DNA of 64,000 nt from Balanoglossus misakiensis (GCA_040954595.2 CM082582.2:12855777-12919776), one strand, 5' to 3'; shown: positions 27,101 through 41,200, numbered from the stretch's first letter. Numbers and translations are program-made. Notes: a model not told the origin generated them from the letters alone.

Positions 27101-29467
27101 ACCATCTGAAAATTTCCAATTCCTTTCAACAAACAATTACAAGAATACCAATTTCTGTTCTCTAGGTCGCCTGATCAAAGTGGAGACAGACAAAGCAGAT
27201 TGTCTGCTGGAGGCCAACCTGGACTGTGAACACATCTGTCTTAATACAACAGATGGCTACATGTGTGACTGCAGACCTGGCTTCCTATTGGCAGACGATG
27301 ACCAAGCATGTGACGGTATTTGTCAATTTTTATGGCAATATTGTTTGTAGTGTACTAGCTCATGCACACGGCCATACATACCTTTTAAACATACTTTTCG
27401 AAGTTTTGGTCTATTGTGGTATGTTGGCGATCCCCAATATCCTGGAAAATGTTCTCATCCGATTGAATCGGGTTCCATTCTCTGCGAACTTGAATGAAAA
27501 ATATGGGTAACAGATTATTTTCAAATGTTTTGTTCCCCCCAGATATCAATGAATGTGATGTAAACAACGGTGGATGCGAACACATCTGCAACAATCTTCC
27601 TGGTTCATACAACTGCTCATGTAGAAGTGGTTTCATATTGGATTTTGATGACAAACACTGTATTCTTGATGGTAAGATTCTATGCACGAAACAGATCATC
27701 TAAAAGAAAGGCTGCTGAATCCTTATTACCTTGTTCCATCAGTTCCAAGGACAGTTAACATTAGTTTTGCACTAATGACCATTTCCCCTAAAATGAAAAA
27801 GAAACAAAATAAAATAACGATTTTTGCATCTTATATCTGCCATAGTTTCTTGATGATTTGTTAGTTCTCCTGTACTGATCATTACCAAACATCAACAAAG
27901 TAGAACTAAAAATGCGCCAGTTTTGCCAGTGCATGTGCTTTCTTTTGATTGGGTAACATCATGCAGTCAATGTATATATAAAGATTTTGAAATCTCAACC
28001 CTTTTTGGTTTATGTTACAGTATGTAGCTTGGGCTCTCACTGCAATGGTCGCGGTTATCTCGACATGGACGCATGTGTTTGTATATGTTCCGATGGTTAC
28101 AAAGGAGATGAGTGTGAAAGTAAGTAAATTCCACAATGTGCAATATATAATAATATATGATGTCTATGCAGAAATTCAATGAAAATTTTAGAGTGAAAAC
28201 TTTGCCAATCTGATTAAAATCAGCTAGAGACAGATTAAGTATCTTGACCTTGATTGGTCATACTTTTCGCACTTTTTTGAGACTGGAAGCAGTAACAGAA
28301 TGTGCCGAAACAGTAGATGCCATGCAAAGCCTATAGGTATCTTGCATTCCCTTTTTCAGTTCCTTGCACCATAGATGAGACTGACTGTTGGCACGTATTC
28401 AGGGAACGCACAGTGGAATATGATGGAGACTACTGCCCAGTTTTCTGTAGAGAATGCGGTGAGTCATTTATGCAATTATAAGTTTGAAAGTAGATAATCA
28501 CATGGTTATTTTGCAAAGAATTGAAAACTCTCGCAATTTTTATCCTTATGAACATTTTCTAAAATTCTGCCTTTATGCAATGTATTACAGCCTGTCTATC
28601 AAACTTTCCGGTTTGTATTAATGGCGGTGAATTGAAATACAGCGAAGACTTTCATCACTGTAGATGTTACTGTCCTCTACCAATGGCTGGAAAATCATGC
28701 GAAGGTAAGATCAAATGAGAGTTCACAAGATTAATTTCATCGTGGTTGTTAAACATTCATTATCAAATTTGTCAAACAATTTGAACATTCAATGTCTCTC
28801 ATTCTCCCTCCCCAGATTGCGCCTTGGTGGACTGCGCGAATGGAGGAGTTTTAGATGCTGAAACATGTCAGTGCAATTGTCCTGCAGGATGGCGTGGCTT
28901 GAGATGTGAAGGTAAATTGTGCAACTACAAAAACAATGAAAGTGTAACATTGATCAGAGCTACTTTACTTACAAGTTCAACTTTCAGTTTTTGTTAAAAC
29001 AAGAAATTATGAATGTTAATTTCAATATCCATTATCACTGTTTATTTATTGTAATATACTGATCACAAAACCATGGTTCAGTTGACCATTAAACTTATTT
29101 TTAAGTTTAACCGTCTTCCATCTCATTTTTAGAATCTTGTCAATGGGATTCTTCCATGATGTGTACAAGTTTGTCGCAACCATACTGTGACAGTCTGCCA
29201 ATTGTTGCAGAAAAGTGTCCCGTATTATGTGGAGTATGTGGTAAGTAGAAGTTCACCTTTCCAGATCCATAATTCCACACCTTTCTGCAGAGATTTAAGA
29301 CTTATTCGATGGGTATGCCGAACTTCATGATTCGAAACACTAATTAGAAAAGTCGCGTTTGCTTTTTGAAAAAGATTGCTTCATACAAAAATTGCCTAAA
29401 TCGTGCAGTAAAAATAAAAAAATAAAAATCTCGAGTATATCCTTTCCTTTCAGTGCCGTCCATTTAG
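24155..29467 (+). CDS. Secreted CAP (SCP/CRISP) domain protein with Cys-rich, EGF/Ca-EGF and ShK-like modules; ~16 exons
   Basis: Signal peptide [19 protein letters not shown]; CAP motifs [21 protein letters not shown] and [11 protein letters not shown]; hinge [16 protein letters not shown]; Ca-EGF repeats [27 protein letters not shown] and [27 protein letters not shown]; C-terminal [10 protein letters not shown]. The last exon (29454-29467) is tentative. Confidence 0.85.
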
Positions 29468-30326
29468 TGGGTGAAGAATTCAAGATTTCAGGGGATTTGC
29501 CTAGAAATGGATTGTGTGTTGTAACACATATGGACATCCAAGACATCTTGACACCATTAGTTTTCAGTATTTTGTATAATTTCCGATTTTGCCTTTTACT
29601 CTAATTTATGTAAATTTTATGTGAGTTTATCTTGTTTTTATGTTCATTTGGTTGACTTGGTGCAGCATCATGTGGATCTTTTGAAATACTGTGTGTACTG
29701 TATTTTTCAATTTATTATATTATGTGAACAATCATTTACCATTTTTATTTTCCATTTTGTTTATGAAACAAATTATGAAATTAAACTCTTTGTATTAACA
29801 GTTTAATCTGTGTGAAAACCGTTTCTCTAGCACGTTTCATGAAATTGAACATGCAGAAATTTGTGGAAAGGAAATGCCTGTCCCGTCGCCTGAGGGCGCA
29901 CTATGCTGTGTACATTTCGCTAACTGCAGCTTGGCGCCCAGCGTCTCGATATTTGTGACGAAAGGAAATCTTTCGCGTGGTTATCATTTTATATCTGAAA
30001 TTTTTAATCGTGAGTATACATGGAGTTTGTCTCCAAAAGTCTATACACAGTCAATTCTGGTGAGTTCAGAAAACGTGGCCTGCGTCTGGGATGTCGGAGT
30101 CGAGTGGCAGACGACAGATTTGTACATTTCCCCAATCGGCTACACTATTTCAATATTTGTCTGTTTTATACGACATTACGTTTCTTGTTTAGTGAAAATG
30201 GTGCTAACTAGTATTGTTTTAGACAAATGTATCGCTACGCCAGCAAGCCATCATTTGGTTTTATTCATTTAACATACACAGAATAACCCTGCCCACTGTC
30301 AGCGTGTAGATTTCAGGAGTGTCATC

Positions 30327-33300
30327 ATGGAAGCCAGATGGAGAAACCCAACGGCCCTGTTCTTCGCAAGCATACCTGACATGAAAGAACTTTGTTTCGT
30401 TTCGCTGTTCATAAGTCAAGAAGTTTTGCAGAGAAATGAAGAAACGAGCGTTCATCAAGTACAGGTTATGAAATGCAGGTATGGTAGAACGTTCTGGTAT
30501 CTATTCTAAGTTAATGTTTGCGACCCAAGATCAACACTGTCAAAATCACAGATAACGTATTATAAAAAGCAGACGCGTTTTTCTCTTGAAAGAGTTGCGT
30601 CCCAGCACAGAAAGCTTAAATAAATCGAGCACAAGACCAAGAAAGACTTACCATTTTTTGATACGATGACTTACGTCAATAAATATCTCCCGACTTTGAT
30701 GCTCTGATGGGAAAAGAGGACTGCTTGCTTGAACCATTTGCCTGTTCGTGTCAATTTTCCGGTCGCTGATGTACACGGTTTTCGTTTAACTTCTGAACTT
30801 GCTTCATGGTTGACTTATCATTTTAAAAACGCGGTCGATGTACTAACTTGATGCCACATTTGCTTGGATGCCGAACCAGCACTGACCTTGAGGCCAGAGG
30901 CGAGGCAAGGGAATGGCTACAAAGTTTTTAATATATGCAAGATATTAGCATACTTTCTTCTTATTGGTCAGACTATCTCTCTTCTTATTGTATTACAAAG
31001 AATTCCAAGAAAACTAGCTACTTTTGCCCTTTCCATGAAAGATAGCATGCATATACGGGTTGAACAATTTTTGTGATTCTGTTTTTCACAATCCAGGGAG
31101 CTGATATTCACAGAACAGAATGTTATGGCAACACCAGCATTGGATAACTCCACGAAAATTTTCATAACAACCACTACAAGTTTTTGGAAATCAAAAGCAT
31201 TGCTACCTAAACTCCAGAAGATGGGCCTTAAGGTTAGCTTTCATAAGAATGTTTCTTTCAATACAGGAGAAATTTGAACCCATTGCCAACAGAGTTATAA
31301 ATAAATGTATGTGAATTTGTTTGCCAGTTAATGTCAACTGATATTATGTGTTTACATTCACACAGGTAGGAAAAGCCAGTAGATTGTTTCCGGATGTCTT
31401 CAAATCTTGTTTTTTGTACACGCTGACTGCCAAACTGGCTCCAAGCTGGAATAAAGTGTCCGATGTATTTGTACAAGGCAGAGATTTTCTCATTTCATCA
31501 AAGAAGCTCAATGCTATCAGTAAGTTTAAAGATCAATTCTTGAAACATATTCTGCCTTTATAATGTTAATGTTCATAATATTGAAAATTAATCCCTACCA
31601 TAGCCAATGACATTTCATGGTCATAGATTTTTACCAAGTTCCCAAATTTGATTGTAGAGAAAACAACCATGTCAAACTGGTACATCTATTGTAGCATTTA
31701 TTATAAAATATGACACACTTCCACACCTAGAAATGGATGTGACTGTCACCGATGAGGAATTAACCTTTGCCCTGGAAGCAAGTTCCATCAAACTCAATGC
31801 AAATAAGGTGGGTCAAGAAATGTGTTGTAAATGACCTCTGAATTCTCTTTTTTGACAAACTTGTGTAGACCCTCACAGTCACTGAAATGTACATGTACAA
31901 GTGTATCATCACTGACATTTCCAGCGATTGTAATTGCTAACCCTGTTTCCATATTATTATTCTATGGTTTCCAGATTGAAGACTTTGAAATATGCACCCC
32001 TGTCCTGGAAAAATTCTTCCGGTCTGGATCAGGTGTAATTAATGAGTATTCCATCGAAAATAAATGGTGTCATGTTCTTCCAAGGTGAGAAACAATTCAC
32101 TGACCTTTTGAACCCTTTTGGAAACAAGACGGTACAATTTTAGTCACAGGTTAATTGCTGCATGTATTCATAGGTTTAATCTCTGTGTGTTTCTTACAGT
32201 ATGAAAAAAGGCAAGCTAGTTAGTATCACACATGACATTCCAAAATCAAGTCCATTTAAATCATACAAGGATATCAGAAGACACTGGAAAAATACTGTGA
32301 GTGTAAATAAATGTCTCCAGGAATTTATTCAAAAGGTGTCTTAGAACAGTGTCTGATTCAGGTTCATTTGGTTGACTGCCATGCCATGATACATCATTAC
32401 ATGTACAAATTACATAAGAAATAGGAAAGTATGTTACTCATGACAAGTTTTTGATAATCTTACACATGTAACTTATCTTGACATGCATATCTGATCTGTT
32501 TGATTTAGTATGGTTACAGGTTGCCAGAATCAGAGGAAAGTGTCTTGTTCTTCAACATATACTTCCCTGCAATTGGCCACATCCTTTTCACGTATCCTTT
32601 ATGGAAATTGTACAAAGGGTGGGGTTTAGCATCAAACAAATTGAAGTTGCTGTGGTCTAAAAAACAGATAATGTTACAGTATTCTTGTATGTTTAGATGC
32701 AATGAAAAATGAATTTCATAAGCAAGGCAAGTATAGAAAAAGTAGAAAATTTATTAAGTTTGGGAGTATTTGTGAGTGACTTTATCACAATGATGACTTT
32801 TTTTTGAGAATTTCAAAAAACTTCAGTCAAGTGTTCCATAACAAAGTGATTATCAGCTATCCTGAATTTTGTGTCAGAAAGAGAGATGTCATTGTTATAC
32901 CGAGGACAGATCCGGATCCCATCTTAGAAAGCTTTCTCAGTGATGTTCACAGCAAAATGCCTAAAATCTGTGGAATGCATTTTTCCATGGATAGAAGACC
33001 CCGGTACAGCAAAGTCACTCTTTGTGAAGCCAGTAATGAGGTACATGGTATTAAATGTTTGGTTTCTGTATCACCTGTTGAAATTAAATCCATATTAACT
33101 CATGGTTAAGTAAATTTTTCTACCTTTAGGAAACAGACTTGGCTGCAGTAACTTTGAGTGATAAACCTGGCATAAGAAAACTGCCAGCAAGGAGACCCAT
33201 TGATAAGATTCACTCCAGCATCTCCAACAGCCAGACCAAGCCAACATCACATTCTACAATCAGCTATCAAGCTAGCAACCTGTTTAGAAATGCCAGTTTC

Positions 33301-34044
33301 CTCAGTGCCAATCGCCCCCTGAGCAGCCAACGCGATGCAGTGGAATCAACATCTGCTGCAGACATACCGAGTCAGCAGAAAATAATCCCAATATTCAAAG
33401 CACAGTGTGTTAGATCGCCAGCTAAACCCCAACAAGCTAAGACAGTGCCTGTGTTCAAACAGGCAAAGCGACCACTGCTTGCACATCGAATTGAGCCCAG
33501 TCAAATCAGGAGTACGGCAGGTGTGTTATCATCACAACCAGCGAATGGCCCCAGGGATGACATGACCACTGGTGGCGGACACAGACCGATCTTTTCCAGT
33601 CAACAACCAGTGCCAAGTAGAGCTTTTGTGTCCACAACACAATATGCCATGCATGGAAATGACAACATAAACATGGAAGGGGAAGGAAGCATGGCAAAGA
33701 AGCCAAAGCCTAAACCTAAAATCCAGGAAAATGTTAATGTGGGGTTGCTGGCAGTCAATGGACAGGTATGAACATTTTATGTCTTACTTTAGACAAATAC
33801 AAGGCAAGAATTGTACAATCTTAAGCTTACATTAGACCTGTACTAAATATTGAATTTTACCTCTGACCTGTAGCTGTCCAAGGTGAATGCAGCAACTTTG
33901 ACAAAATGGTTGAGAGAAAGAAAGATAGCAGTCAAAGCCAAGGATAAGAAAAGCGATCTCATTGATAAAGTGATGACACATCTCCAGATGAAGAGAATGG
34001 AAGAGTATCTGGATCATTCTGGTCGAAAAGATGGAAATATGTAG
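30327..34044 (+). CDS. C18orf63: C18orf63-like (DUF4708) protein with a C-terminal SAP/HeH-like helical motif
   Basis: LFFASIPDMKELC, QVMKCRELIF, CFLYTLTAKLAPSWNKVSDVFVQGRDFL, WCHVLPSMKKG, SPFKSYKDIRRHWKNTYGYRLP and FTYP match the remembered C18orf63 N-terminal region. The exon chain is phase-compatible and ends at TAG 34042-34044. Confidence 0.8.
32592..32856 (+). other. U12-type (minor spliceosome) GT-AG intron in the C18orf63-like gene
   Basis: 5' splice site GTATCCTTT; branch-like TTCCATAAC at 32834-32842, 14 nt before the end of the intron; no polypyrimidine tract. Splicing restores F-T-Y-P-E. Confidence 0.8.
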
Positions 34045-35230
34045 CTAGATCATAGACGTAGAAGACTGCCTACAGTTTATGGCTGACTACGGGGAAGCTA
34101 GTATAGAAATGTCTCATAAGTTGAAAAACAAACAAGTTTTCAGGATAAATATGGTTTATTTCCACCTTAAGCAGACATAGCAAGTGCTTTCTATCAATAT
34201 ACACATGATGCATAGCCTGCATCTAAGAAATGAATTACATGCAACCGCTCTAAATATAGTACACGAACAAAGGCATGTTATAAACTATAGCAAGTCTTTT
34301 AACTACATGATTTGCTTTAGCGTAAAATGTACCATATCCCAAATCAACATCTTTGTCCAAAACTATCAACAGTTTCATGTTTTATTGCACTATACACGAA
34401 AAGAAATTGTGTAATATAAGGTCTACAATTAAAAGGAAAAAAGTGTTTTTGATATACCCATATTTAGCTACATGCAATTCAACATAAACAAAAATCAACA
34501 TTTGATTCTTGATAGGCACGTGTCTTTTTCAGAGTTACATGCTGTTTGTGTGTTTATTGTATTATTGCTCTTCATATCAGGTGGTAATTCAACTAATTGA
34601 AACATTCACAGATCTTTTAGTATAAATGTAACTTAAAACTTTAGACTTTTAAAATTAAACAAAAGAAAGTTACTCTAGCCAACATCAAAATATTACTTGT
34701 TTTTCACCTATAATTTTATGATTCCTAAACACCTTCCTAGTCAGTTGACTATCAAGTAAAGTTTGATTGTGAGTAAATCATTTATGTATTTCAAAAGTAA
34801 TATATAGTCAAGCATGATTGCATTTCAATTCAAGCTTGGATAATGTACAGCTTGTAATCCCAGTAAAATTAAAGTGTCTTTCAAAGTGCAATGGAAAGGG
34901 TTTTGTTTACATGATTTCTTAATCATTGACACTGTAATGCAAACTATGTAAATTACATGCATACAGGTGGTGCCCCGCAATATACCACAAAAAGTGCCAA
35001 ATTTATACTCAAGGTGACAATATTTTCAGTGTTTTTACCCTGATGCCTATTTTGTCTAATGAGAAAATAACCAAGTAATTTATAGCAATTCCCAACATAT
35101 CCACATGCAACCATCATTTGATGGCATACACAATCTCATCTAAAATTTGTAAATTAAGATTTCACACCATTTCTATTTCCATGCAGAATTACATGATTCA
35201 TTTACAGCATTGTAATGTTCAATGGGGCTT

Positions 35231-38200
35231 CTAATAGTCATAGAGTAGACTCATGGCTTCTGCTGCTTTGATCCTGACTTCCGATGCTTGGTCTTTCAGC
35301 AACAGTATCAGGGCTGTTTCAGAAGTAGAAGAAAAAAATGTATAAATCCTATTAGTGTGTAATCTGTTAGAGAACAAACCATCTCATACATTCTATAGCT
35401 AAGAAAAGATAACCTTGGAAAGCAAAGCAAAGCTGAGTTCTGAACGCACATCAATATAATATTGACCATACCTCCACACACATGCTCCTTTGATATGAGA
35501 CCTCTGTGATCTTCCGGCATGTTGCCAAGTAGAAAACCAGCCACCATGGCAGCATTACCTCGGATGTCTGGCCAGGAACTCTTGAAAAATCCAACATTCC
35601 CCATGACATAGAAATTCACCTTGTCTGGAAAATCCGCTATCTAGATTGAACAACACAGTGACAGTTGTCAACAATTTATTATGGAAGCATACTAAAGATG
35701 GAGACAATATATTTGCTTTGTTCAAGCGCTAATTGTTCAGAAAGTCAGTAAAACTACTCCGCTTGGGCTTGAATTATTTTTCATTCTTCATGCAAAATTT
35801 TCTCTTCTTTATAGCACTGCATTGGCAGACGATCATGAGCATGACAATGAACACATGTTTTGTGGGGTCAATGTCTACCACTGTAGATTGCTGATGTGGT
35901 TAAATTACTGGTGTGGCTATAGTGGGAGATGTAGATACTCACTAGAACTTTGGAGAGATCATACATGAATTCACCATAGCTGAGTATACCATCTTCCAAT
36001 AAATGATTCTGAAACATCTCATTCATACTGGCCGATCCCATCAGTGGTCCAAACTTGCGCAGAGCAAACTTGCAACTCTGTGAAAAATACACAAGGGTAG
36101 GTTTAGGGTAATCACAAGGTACCCTAGATTTTCAAGACGGTGGAAGTTGAGAACAGAAAAAAATCAAAATCACCTGATGAGAAACAACATTTCACCTTGA
36201 CATGGCAACAAACTGTCTCCATTTCAACCTACCTACCTTTTTGACATCACTGTCTTCATCATTCAAATGCAACAACAAACTGACAAAATTGGTGTGTATC
36301 TGTTCCAGGAAAGGTGCTTTAGATGGTCCATTACCAAATTGACTGAGATTACCAAACAGTGAAAACGCTGCCGCTCGCACTGAAGCCCTGTCCTGTTGAA
36401 CAAGAAAGAAAGGTGTATACCATTCTGGTTATCTTGTCCAGCTGATTGGAAATACAATGTATAACATTTCAAAGCTATGTGGTATGAGGTCTTTGCTTTT
36501 GTGTGACTGTCAAGGTTGGATATCAGACTACTATTTACCATCCTTACCTTTTCGAAACAAGGTCTTATTCTCAATGTTATATTGATAAGGATCGCTCTGA
36601 TATTATTCTCATCAATTTCAGCTAAGATCTTGGAGAGCCCCGACATGGACTCCAATGTGATGTCATCCTCTGGGTCTTCTTTGTCATCCATTCCAGCCAT
36701 CATTGCAGATAATACAGTGGTACAGAATTTCTGGACCTACAGGATGATTCAGGATGATAGTTTCATTTCGAAAGAACAAGAGTGCGTAAACAGCAAGATG
36801 GTTTTGTACTGTACATTAGTAATTGCAAGTCCCATTACAAATTATCTGACAACCATACATACTCTGACTGTGAGAAGGATATCATGAAATTTACAGAGCA
36901 ATGCACATGATGAAATTGTAATAATCTGACAATGGGTGCCTGTTCACTTCAGAGTGGACTATTGAAAACCATTACCTGCTCTGTCCCAACACTAGCAATG
37001 TTACCAAGCCCTCGGATGCACAGCATTCTGACCACCATGGAGGAATCAACCAGTCTTCCAAGCAAATTATTCATCAACATCTCAACCAAGGAAATATCAC
37101 CTGCACATCTCTGGTTGATCAGCTGTTTCAAGGAAATTCAGAACATGCGAGCTGAGGGATTGAGCTTACAAAATATCTCAAATAAACGTCAAGAAACTAT
37201 ATATGAGAGACATACGTACCTCAGCAAAGAAAGATCCAGAGACAATCCTTTGTGGATCGTAGAGACTACACAGAGCTCCTGAGAGACATGACACTATCTT
37301 AGCAACATGGTCTGGGTGATACTCTGCAATACCTCTGAGGAATCAAAACATGACAGCCATTAATCACCAAATAATTCCATCTGTTTTATACAATACGAGA
37401 ACACACAGATACAACTTTCAAACATTCTATTGATTAAGTGCGGTATGGTTAGAAAATTAGCATATTCACCTTGCCATGATAGTAACTCCTTCTTGATATT
37501 TATTTTCATCTTCTAAAATTACCCAGACATTTTCTTTGTCCAGGAAAGCCAACAAATCTTCAGATTTCATGCAAATCAACAACTGCCTCAGTGCTTCGCC
37601 AGCTGACCTATATTTTTATTTGACAAAAAGTGAGAAAAAAGGTAAAGCAACATTTGAGTCTGTGACTGATGATAGAAGAACGTCTGTAAACCAGACACCT
37701 CTGCAAACTGAACAATTCAGTTCCTTTGGTGTCCAGTTTAGATCAGGTCTTACTGTACTTTTAAATAACTATTCTGATACTTGTCAAAACAATTCACAAT
37801 ACCTTGCAGGATTAATATTGACATGAACTTTGATGGTGGATGTTTTCTTCTCTTTGCCAGATCTTGAATCTTTTTTCTCCACTGGTTTCACCTTGGGTGC
37901 CTTTGTGCCAGCCATACACCCTGAATAGACCAACAAGGCTGAGAAAAGACGATGAAAGTTTGAACGAACACTTTCTTCTGTCTCTTCCACTTTGAATATC
38001 TCCGACAACGCACTCACAGCCTAAAAAATAAAAACAATATTTTAGGCATTTGGACAAATTACAAAAGCAATCACTGGTGATCACTGGATTTTTTTACAAT
38101 AATCAAAACCGTAAACAGTGTTGTTGGCATACAATGGACATCAGTTTGATACTTACTGTCAATGGTAGCGGTGTAGCCGAGCGTGATAATATTTTATGAG

Positions 38201-41200
38201 TTTTCTCATCAATCTTCTCTTCAAATGGTAGACTCTGACTCAGCATATCCAGGATTTGATCAAACGTATTCACCGTCAGTTGAGCATCTTTGCAAATAAT
38301 CTTCCAACAATCTACAATGTGACTAGAAAATGACGGAGAAAAAGTTAAAATATGCTGCATGATATTTTGGACAGACTCACCTAAAACTTTCTCACTGAGG
38401 CTGAATGTAGTCTAGAATCCAGATTTCTGTTGTTGTTTTTTCGCTATGCTCACTTTACACACAGTCTAGCCATGTCATCTAACTTTTGAAATGTTGGATT
38501 CTAGACAAGGCTGAATGATACTTACTCATCGAAAGGCAGTGGATGGTTTAACAAAGCAATGATCACAGATGGTAAATGATGTGTAGATAGCGTACGGATT
38601 GATCGCAAAGTACCAGTCCTTGTCTGTGGGTATTGGATCTTCATCAATTTCTCATGCAGTTCATCTATGATTTCAGAAATCTGTAGGAAAAATAACATCA
38701 TGGGCACATGGTGAATTGAAGACTGGTGAGATATAATGTATATCACTTCAAAATAAAATATGATTATATCATGATATAATTATATTGTGATATATATGTG
38801 CAGATGACTTACATCTGAATGGAACTCATGACCTCTGGATTTGAATATACTGTTGAGTACAACACAGGCACCACTGGAACTGTGTGAATGAAAGTCTAAC
38901 AAACCATCAAACAGTAGAAACAGAAAGTTTTTCAGTTGGTCAGATGGGATCTTCTTGGCAAGCACCTGGGGACGAAAAAGAAGGAGAATATAAATATTGA
39001 TATCACTGTTTGTGACGGGATACAAATGCTGAGAAGATAAAAATTATTAATTGATGGTATGTCGCGACAAAAGCATGAGTAAAACTTGCTGGTGGAATGT
39101 GCAATGTACTTAGTACATGATGATCATACCAACTAAATCTCATCCCTATCCTCATTACATATCAAAGATGACAATACCTTAGAGAGATCACTGACAACAC
39201 TGAAGAGTACATTGGGATCTCCTTTGACAACTCGCTCTTTGAGAACTGGTAATGCATCTACCATTTGGTCCTTGTGATCTATACTGTAACCTGTATTTAA
39301 AATTTAAAGACAGGCATAAACACAAGTGAGTTTCGAGTTGAATCAGACACCCTGGTATCATAATAAAATATACATGATGTTTTATTACCAGGACTGTACC
39401 AAGTTTGTCACACTAACCTTCATATCTGAGAGCAATTTTCAGGACGAGTTGAGTGCCGTCAATAGCATTCTCTCTGATGCCCAAGACAGGATCTGTACAT
39501 CTTGGAACCAAGCGTGCAAGCATGGTACTCATGTGATTGAATGATGATAAACTCTACGGACAAATCAACAGACAGAAACAAATGACAATATGGTGTAAGA
39601 CCCAAAAAATCCAAAAAGAATTACAGGACAGTGATATCATAAACTCCATACCAGTACACAGATTTTTGTTTTAGGGAGGGGTTGTGGTGTATCTTGGTTC
39701 ATTTCAAACACACATTTTTTTATTATCCATTTACATTTGTTGCAGTGACATTTAGACAGATGAGAGAACATAAAAAGAACTTACAAACCCTGCCGCTTCC
39801 ATGTTTTCATGCATACAGGCTAAGACCACATAGGTTGATTTGACAGCTCTTTCTCTTTCGTGATTATTGATAGAATATAACCATGGCTCCAAATGCTACA
39901 ATGAAATGAGCTGCTGATTAAAGAATTGTATTAAATGCTTTCACCCCTATTTCCTAGTATAGAGGTCCACATTTGCCATTGGAAACAATTGTATTGGGCA
40001 AATCCATGGTGGTGAAAGGGTTAAAGTATTGTTTCGGTATTTTGCCTCCTGTTACTTTTTCTAACATCTTCGTTGAAAGAATGAAATTTTGATACCATTT
40101 TGTACCTTGAATATTTCATGTAGCCTGGCTGGTGTGCAGTTTTTGACCAGAATCTCAGTCAGCATGGCGTGGAGACTTTCAAAGGTCAAGTTTACAATTT
40201 CTTCTTGTTCCTTGGCCTCTTCGTAAGTCTCCTCTTTGCCCTTGCCGGATAAATACAAATGTTCTGGCAATGGATACACACAGTCTGTGCTGGTCTTCAC
40301 AAGATCAAACACCTCAGCTTCTGTCAGGTCTGGATCAAGTTTACTGGGAGATATCGGCTAAGGAATGATACAGCATGTATACCCTGTATATACCGGTATA
40401 CATGTATAAGGGTAGCTCTAAGTGCATACTCTGAGAACGAAACCCAAGTTGGACATTGAAGTCTAAGAACTAAAGAATGTCTAAGAATGAAACCCTCTCA
40501 TCCACCTAACAACCCCCCCCCCTCCCCTCTACCCAAATTCTCCCCAACCATGTGACCCACAGACCCACATGAAAGGATACACTAATCTAGCACATGCAGT
40601 CATTGCCAGTGATCTTGTCTCCGTAGCCATGTCTCTCAAACTCTCTGATTTCATGTACGTCTGCATGTGAGTCAGCAGTTCTGGTCGTTTCTTGAATGCG
40701 TAGTTGTGACCTAGATGGTCTGAATGTAATGACTTGGCAATCAAACCAATACATCGGATCAAATTCTGCTTCACAGCTGTATCCTGCCATCAGAAGTAAA
40801 AATCGTTTTAGCAACATCACGTCAACATCATGGATGACAGACTTATTCTACACATCAGATAAGAGAATGGCTGTTCCTTGTGAAAATGTTCTCTAGTAGT
40901 TCAATAGAGGTCTATACATGTACAATCTCATGCACTTGGACATCTTCCGTCTACTACAAGGCACACAATAAACACAAATACACCACAACACAACACGTAA
41001 ACTTGGGTCTAAATAATTGCTACATGTACCTCACTTTAAATACATTCTTTGATTGAGTGAACAAGCTACTAGTATATGCAATGGTTCAGGTGTGTTGACA
41101 GTACTACTGTAGTAGCTGTTTGTGTCTGGCAAGTGATGTAAACATCAAGAAAGGAAGAAAGAAATACTGTAGCCACTTACATGATACTAAAGACCAGGCA

